Shown here in pieces: positions 60,801-64,000 of a DNA stretch of 64,000 nt. The position numbers were made by a program, and so were the translations under genes. Under the pieces are notes generated by a model that did no database searches, had not been told where the DNA came from, and worked only from the letters and a program-made list of their open reading frames with translations. Source of the stretch: a virus; the IMG/VR virus record IMGVR_UViG_3300030107_002709, positions 32,001 to 96,000 of that record. One strand, 5' to 3'. The stretch's first letter is position 1; each line of letters opens with the position of its first letter.

Positions 60801-62206
60801 AACCATCCTTCAGTAACAAGACCCCAATTCTCTGAGTCAACTGGACTATCTGTTATTGATCCCCAGTTCTGAGTACTGTATCCAATCGTAGCAGTTTCAT
60901 CATATCCATATGTTCTTAGTATTGCTACACCACCAGTTACAGGTAGAGAACCAGATCCTGTCCAATGATATTGGAACTTAAGATTACTATATGCACCAGA
61001 CCAATTGAATAGAGTGGTCTCTCCTCCAACTACACTATCAGTTCTACACTCAGCAGATCCACCAGCACTGAATAGAGATCCAGATGCAGTCCAATGTGGT
61101 GCATTGGTTGTAAAGTCTTGACCAGTGATATGGATAGATCCTTCACCTTCCCAGTACCTAGCGTAAGTACCATCTCCTTGAATATCATAGAGAGCAACGA
61201 ACTCATAGGTTCCAGTATTCGCCTCTACGTTATTCCATATAATTCCACCATTATCATATTCACCAGCAGTAACTGGTTTGGTTGTTGTACCAAGATCTTC
61301 AGTCTCACTAAATCCATACCAAACTAATCCATTATCTTCTGTCTCTAATGTAAATCCTGACTCTTCATTAAACTCATGTACAAACTTCTCAATACCAGCA
61401 CTTCCGAATGAAGCATCACCAGACATGATCTCACGACTTGTCTTGGAGTATGTCTCTCCACCAGTTAGACTGAATAATGTTGTCTTGTCTCCAAATTCTG
61501 TAGAGGTCTTAGTCTCTGAGAGACCACTTGCAGCGAATAGACCACCTGAACCTGTTCTGTCTGTAGTAAAGCTATAAGTATTAAATTCTGCCCAAGGTGC
61601 ACTATTAAACTCACAATATGCTGTTGCACCTCTTACATCACCTATGTTGTATACAAATCCCCAAGATTCTTCTCCTCCATCTTTAGGATCTAGTATACCC
61701 CCAAAGTCCAAAAGACTTGGGACTGCATCGACAGCTCCCAAGTCTTCTGTGGTGAATGGTACGAATAAAAATTCGTTCCAATCTAATGTTGTTGTTACCT
61801 CACAAGTACCAGATACAGTAAGCCCACCAGAACCTAACCAGAACGCACTGCTGCGTTCCATACCACCGCCCATCTCAAATAGGGATCCAGTACCAACCCA
61901 GAACTTCCTGATGCCTTCTACGGCGGTAGAGGCGAGGTGAGCAGTTCCATCAGCAACAAAATTACCATGACTGAAGCTTACTCTTGATATTCCACCAGAT
62001 ATAGTTGCTGTTCCAAATGGGTAATGATCTGTTGATATGGAGATTTCTCCATAACTATCTTGACTTAAATTACTTTCTGCTTCTAAATTTGTCGGAGCAT
62101 CACCTATCGATCCATAATCATCCGTTACGTTAAGGACAGTAACATCGCCGTAACTTTCGGTAGAGTATAGAGAAATCGTATTTGAATCGTAGGTGTATTT
62201 GTTCAT
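51842..62206 (-). CDS. giant Gly/Ser/Thr-rich acidic repeat protein (3454 aa), putative virion fibre or scaffold
   Basis: Uninterrupted 10.4 kb ORF; dozens of GSGS-(L/I)-(F/T)-xx-GG-AE units; 17 acidic DxG modules. Confidence 0.85.
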   Translation of the reverse strand: MNKYTYDSNTISLYSTESYGDVTVLNVTDDYGSIGDAPTNLEAESNLSQDSYGEISISTDHYPFGTATISGGISRVSFSHGNFVADGTAHLASTAVEGIRKFWVGTGSLFEMGGGMERSSAFWLGSGGLTVSGTCEVTTTLDWNEFLFVPFTTEDLGAVDAVPSLLDFGGILDPKDGGEESWGFVYNIGDVRGATAYCEFNSAPWAEFNTYSFTTDRTGSGGLFAASGLSETKTSTEFGDKTTLFSLTGGETYSKTSREIMSGDASFGSAGIEKFVHEFNEESGFTLETEDNGLVWYGFSETEDLGTTTKPVTAGEYDNGGIIWNNVEANTGTYEFVALYDIQGDGTYARYWEGEGSIHITGQDFTTNAPHWTASGSLFSAGGSAECRTDSVVGGETTLFNWSGAYSNLKFQYHWTGSGSLPVTGGVAILRTYGYDETATIGYSTQNWGSITDSPVDSENWGLVTEGWLSENWWYIWHEGVATSMGGLTIRTDPKVINDSTPENYFDPTNPGLSDTEGHNFDTYSFTWGHGFVQSGNLFSMGGASEAVGYQPVEDIALFTWSGAYTNLQATFREIGSGAISRIGGGAEKVTFDYNESSIVPYSTDDNGLITDAAVVVDQGNVADIQEGEDDYGSVLYSSVAYPLVGSYSITNLQFFGETYSFQRRYIADPVSIFTALGAVESKSTTELGEDTSLGDLSGAATEYVIFREIGSGSISRIGGGVEKVVFDYSDSTVVPFSSEDSGLVIDAATTDVDLGDVTEVQYGGEENYGLVTYTSTANSAQGTFTFSLTRELWTQAQIDELNPEYTTKPYGTFPQVGDEKTQEEAGHLRFIPVWGQTGSGSLFSVGGASESVTVEPNTTGIFQIVGGRYYAGSMVATATFSESGSGAMSRVGGAAESVTFDYNESSIVTFTTEDIGLVTDATNYLTDHFDDGSVALPQEAENDYGSVIYGETVYPLTGSIDIFTAPEWIGNTYRFVWRAPAGSGSIPTVGGAAECVSTTELGDSTTLFDIYTSPASIGNTYSFCWNYTGYASVPTIGGAAESITYDYNENSIVVFTTDDSGLITDAATVFDNRTDITAPQSGGEEDYGWVFWTSTVLPLTGTLQTSGTSPSATVFRDPTQGGSLFSAGGASECVSTTELGDATTLFDIYTAPAYIGNTYSFVWNAPPGTGGLFTLNGVAESISWAYNESSTIPYGTEDNGLIVDSVTVVDDYGSVAEPQYGGEYDQGQIIFTSTATPFGSLNLSLTRARWTQAEIDELPLTYETKPYGTFPQVGDEKTQEESGDVRFIPIWGQIGEGSLYSIGGAAECVGYQPTEDTALFDIFTAPAYIGNTYRYAWSYVGYYNLPTIGGAAESVTFDYNESSINVFSVDDEGNIVDNATVFGEYGDLNIQQGEEDYGLTVHTSTVYPLTGTLQTSGIGADSVVFRDPTTGGSLFSAGGSVESKTSTEFGEDTSLGDLSGIGNTIRTRDWVGSGSLFTALGAAESVTFDYNESSIVTVGSDDYGLITDAATTNIDQGGVADIQEGEDDHGSIIYTETVYPVTGLVTLTTAPQFINNTYSFCWNFVSDSGSLFTAGGSAESATVDWESTGLFDIFTAPAYIGNTYSFVWNAPPGTGGLFSIVDAAECVTWNYAPGPVIPFSTIDWGAVTDLTHPTNDVISYGDFGLFDEDTEDYGFVIYTSDVVSNSGTYTLSLTRARWTQEEIDALNPDYLTEPYGTFPQVGDEKTQEESGDIKYEPSYAHEGSGSIFTIGGASESAVYQPTEDTVLYDIFTAPQFIGNTYRFCWNAPFVEGGLFGIGGCVEARTYDYNDSASVSFSSADYGLVTDATHPINDVINYGSVSDPTSDGEEDYESIIYSQAVDATAGTYTYSGAVTQSFSKGLYTGVGSLFSTGGAGECVSTTEFGEDTSLGDLGGAGSQSSTVVEIGSGSIFRAGGAAECRTYDYDQNAIVVFTSTDHGLVVDSVVTSDDQGSVDTIQSGGEYDYGSVLYSADAIPVTGTYVVDGSVSTAFTFGNFTGSGSLFTASGAAESSTYSPENDTCLYDIFTAPQFIGNTYSFVWNAPPGTGGLFSVGGCVEARAYAYNESASQAFSTEDNGFISDTVTTIDDHGDFGYVGDDTEDHGQVWLGATNGAAANGTLTFGGEVFEIYKPAYAHFGEGSLFTALGAAESFTTTEFGEDTSLGDLSGTHSIARTFSEVGTGSIFTVVGGAESRTYNYDINLTAITYQDDNGSITDSATTFDDQGTVHPPQDGGEYDYGSIWIGLGSQLWRSSDTVSASGTYHLGLISDTVGVARTFGHIASGSLFATGGAAEVVAYDYEDTTLYDIFTAPQFIGNTYSFSWQYYGSGNINSLGGAAESRTWHYSDTLPSVLVVDDEGNIVDATTVFADYGDLGVKWGGEEDYGSNNTLAHPGLAASGTYTIGGVANTPFVWREGCEGGTYLVSGEGIERPTTALTGEGTAYIYTAPQFVGNTYAFTWGHGFVQSGSLFSAGGAAESTTTNPPEDTLLYTVAGTRISERQTFAESGSGSITLSGAAVERQTDAEIGSGTVTLSGTGAESKSFANFDGSGSLFTAGGAVEMVAVLEGGIGLWTYSGSGIEKHTERYIGSGSATVSGEANVSIAKAPYIGSGSITISGTKAESFTPAPEIGSGSLFTTSGAAESATVDYESTYLFTIVGSTHYTFSLRHIGAGSLYTSSGAAESTTTNPPEDTALFAVGGTKAESFTPATEVGSGSITLSGAGSENYTGAFEGSGTATITGEADLIYRVRYFGSGTLFTGSGAAESVTTNPPESTSLHQIGGTRIEKAVYREIGSGSVTLSGTASTRYIPHITGSGTYTVGGACTFKVRYILTGSGNVFTAGGAAEAVGTNPPEDIALFVWSGISENQWSPSWVGQGSYFTSGEIPEPLITKHWTASGSLFSVGGAAESFSANIDGIGLYEISGSGSQRSTVSEVGSGSLWTASGASESIGTNPPESTVLYTYVGAGIEKHTERWVGSGSTTFSGAVSDIQRTFAESGSGSITISGSALESQTDDWVGSGSLFTAGGSAESTTTNPPENTVLYTWTGAGTEKHTENWVGSGSATVSGAVSDVQRTFAETGSGSLFTALGAAESISTSEISTGIFTISGDGAPSRTRPFIGSGSITISGTKAESFTPAPEIGTGTATFTGEASIRWIPSWIGSGTATISGQVTDIQITKHWTGSGSLFTASGSAESITTNPPEDTLLYTVAGNGSEARTVILSGSGTVTFSGEARTIFTPNNIGSGSIYVAGNLDERQTDHYHGSGTATISGDSDDARARSHVGSGSLFTASGAAESATVDYEDTTLYDIFGHGAEAFVRKGYVGSGSFSDIGGAVTNIKLTHNPPEDTAQYTVSGEVTNIKRSFGYTAPYGTLFAFSGGVESATVDYENILLTTIGGSADDKFVRSAYIGEGTITLSGESLNELRTFEPPFMFATII
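56001..59776. repeat. near-identical DNA blocks recurring every ~1.35 kb inside the giant gene
   Basis: AATCCACCTGTACCTGGAGGTGCATTCCATAC at 56001, 57354, 58689; TTCTTCTTGTGTCTTCTCATCCCCTAC at 57017, 58361, 59732. Confidence 0.85.
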
Positions 62207-62227
62207 ACTTTACGAAAACAATAAGAA

Positions 62228-62251
62228 GGGGGTGGAATATCTCCAACCCCC
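62228..62251 (-). terminator. terminator/attenuator-like hairpin between the 341-aa and 3454-aa genes
   Basis: GGGGG(T)TGGA-GATAT-TCCACCCCC followed by TTCTTATTGTTTT. Confidence 0.65.
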
Positions 62252-62279
62252 ATCCTAATATACTTAATAGTATTAATGA

Positions 62280-63305
62280 TCAGTCGAGGCTGATGTTCAA
62301 TGTAACCTTAATTTGGTCACCGTTGTTCTGAATTGGGTATGGACCATTTGTAAATCTTTCAGCGAACATTATGCTGCTGTAAAGAGTTAGGTTACCAGTT
62401 CCATCCAATGCAGGAGTTGTGGTGAAGGTTGATGTTGAAGGTGTACTAAAGATTGTGTATGTCTGCTCTGTAGTTGTAGTGTTTGAAGTACCACGTGCAA
62501 TGTAAATAACATCGCCTGGTTGTAAACCGTGAGCTTGAGTAACAGTTACTGAAGTATAGTCAAGTGTGATACTTGGATCAGTAGCACCCTGAATGTTATC
62601 AGTTAGAGCAACAGCAGCGTTAGCAGCATCAACGAGATAGATACGTCTTTGAGCACGATCAATACCACCAATAACTGTAGCGGCTGGAACAGCAGTGTTA
62701 CCACCAATAGTCATTCCGATTGTAATGTTGTCCATTACGGAAGCTACGTTAGGAAGTGTGATATAGTCGTTACCAATAACTCCAATACATACGTTTGAGT
62801 TATCACCCTTTGTTATAGTAGTAGCAGCAGCACCAACAGCAGCATCAGCAACACCTTGCACAGCAAGAGGCATATTGTTTGCTCTTACAATGTAGTAACC
62901 ATATACGTTACCAGCAGCAGCATCAAATGTGAAAGTCTGTTCTGGGTAAGTAGCAGTTGTTACAACACCAGCAGTAGCATCTTGATTAATTTTCCACTGC
63001 CCACCATTTAGGAGAATACCATACTGTTCAGTATAATCGTAACGTGATTCAGTACGGTTGTTTACACATGTAGGATAACCTGTGTTTACAGTTTGACCAT
63101 ACTTGTTTGTATTACCATCTTGGTATGGTTCATAGTATGCTGTCGCACTAGGCACGTCTGCTTCAGCAGGGGTGGTGTCAGTAGTGTAAAGCTTAAGAAT
63201 TAGATCCCTTGGTGCATTATCCTCTCTATCCAAAACGAAGTTGTTCTGGTTAACGAGATAACGAAGTGACTCAAGTTCGCCAATATTAGGTACTAGCAGT
63301 GCCAT
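62280..63305 (-). CDS. putative virion structural protein (341 aa)
   Basis: MALLVPN-GE, LKLY, TYPEQTFTF, VYGYYI, AERF-GP-I-N-GDQIKVT pattern; own late promoter. Confidence 0.8.
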   Translation of the reverse strand: MALLVPNIGELESLRYLVNQNNFVLDREDNAPRDLILKLYTTDTTPAEADVPSATAYYEPYQDGNTNKYGQTVNTGYPTCVNNRTESRYDYTEQYGILLNGGQWKINQDATAGVVTTATYPEQTFTFDAAAGNVYGYYIVRANNMPLAVQGVADAAVGAAATTITKGDNSNVCIGVIGNDYITLPNVASVMDNITIGMTIGGNTAVPAATVIGGIDRAQRRIYLVDAANAAVALTDNIQGATDPSITLDYTSVTVTQAHGLQPGDVIYIARGTSNTTTTEQTYTIFSTPSTSTFTTTPALDGTGNLTLYSSIMFAERFTNGPYPIQNNGDQIKVTLNISLD

Positions 63306-63347
63306 TTAATTTGTCTCCGAAAATCGTTTGTGTTGCTTACTTACGTT

Positions 63348-63355
63348 TATTTATA
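63348..63355 (-). promoter_or_regulatory. T4 late promoter of the 341-aa gene
   Basis: Exact intergenic TATAAATA. Confidence 0.85.
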
Positions 63356-63379
63356 AAATAATCGCTCCTCGATTATTTA

Positions 63380-64000
63380 TCAAAGGAAAACTTTAAGAGA
63401 TAACATAAATCTCCTAATCTGGTTTACCTGGTCAACTCGGAACCGTAACATATCCCCAGCTATTAAATCTTTATCCCAATTAGTTAAAACATCACCAGAT
63501 GCTTTCAAGTTTCCATTAATGGTTGGTTTATCACCACCAGTTATAGTTTGGAAGTTGGGAAAATCGTTGAATGTACATTTCTGTACGTCCATAATAAGAA
63601 TACCAACTACATCTGAAGTTAGTGTCCACGACTGGATTCTTCCAGTTACATCTATCTGTAGTTCACCTTTCTCTCCAGTGTTCATATCTACAGAACCACT
63701 ACCATAAACAAAATTAATTGTTCTAGTAAGATCTGCAGTTGTTGATTGAGCAACAGTGAAAAGCTTATCTCCAGCAGAAGGTGGAGTTGGGAATATTATC
63801 TTACTCCCACTAACAGTATAATCTACTCCTGGATGTTGAAGTAATCCATTAATAGAAACAATTAACTGTCCTTCATTTGTTGGAAAGTATGGAGTGCCTC
63901 CTTCTGTTAAATCAAATTCTGTTCTCGTTCCATCGAACTGAGCAGTGAAATCATCAAGAACCTCATTATTATTCTGCAAATACTTTGCAGGTATATCATA
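63380..64000 (-). CDS. putative structural protein, 5'-truncated by the window
   Basis: Frame open to 64000; LDD...FDG...F-L...LIVSING-LQ-P-DY.....I-F--PP module typical of cyanophage baseplate/fibre proteins. Confidence 0.75.
   Translation of the reverse strand, partial: YDIPAKYLQNNNEVLDDFTAQFDGTRTEFDLTEGGTPYFPTNEGQLIVSINGLLQHPGVDYTVSGSKIIFPTPPSAGDKLFTVAQSTTADLTRTINFVYGSGSVDMNTGEKGELQIDVTGRIQSWTLTSDVVGILIMDVQKCTFNDFPNFQTITGGDKPTINGNLKASGDVLTNWDKDLIAGDMLRFRVDQVNQIRRFMLSLKVFL

Noticed and set aside
1-64000. tRNA or rRNA genes
   Set aside because: Intergenic gaps are short and no cloverleaf was recognised by eye; tRNAscan-SE would confirm

Overview
64 kb from the core of a T4-like marine cyanomyovirus (probably a Prochlorococcus/Synechococcus phage, inferred from gene content). 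Almost all genes are on the minus strand. Left to right: replication block (mazG, g41, uvsX, g43, hsp20, regA, g62, purN, dam, g44, g45, a free-standing PD-(D/E)XK nuclease, cobS-like AAA+/VWA pair, g46, g47, g55, uvsW, uvsY); morphogenesis block (g3, g23, g22, g21, g20, g19, g18, g17, a g16-g17 island with a NifU-C protein, an SNase, DUF1257/DUF2997 and an oxygenase, then g16, g15, g14, g13); a divergent sigma70-driven oxygenase cassette holding the only credible plus-strand genes; and a ~19 kb late module with no T4 counterpart (341-aa, 3454-aa repeat, 69-aa Mtd-N-like and 2026-aa proteins). That module and the adjacent cassette are the best candidates for an undescribed system. No tRNA, rRNA, CRISPR array, intron or intein was recognised. 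Family calls come from motif recognition and synteny; no searches were run.
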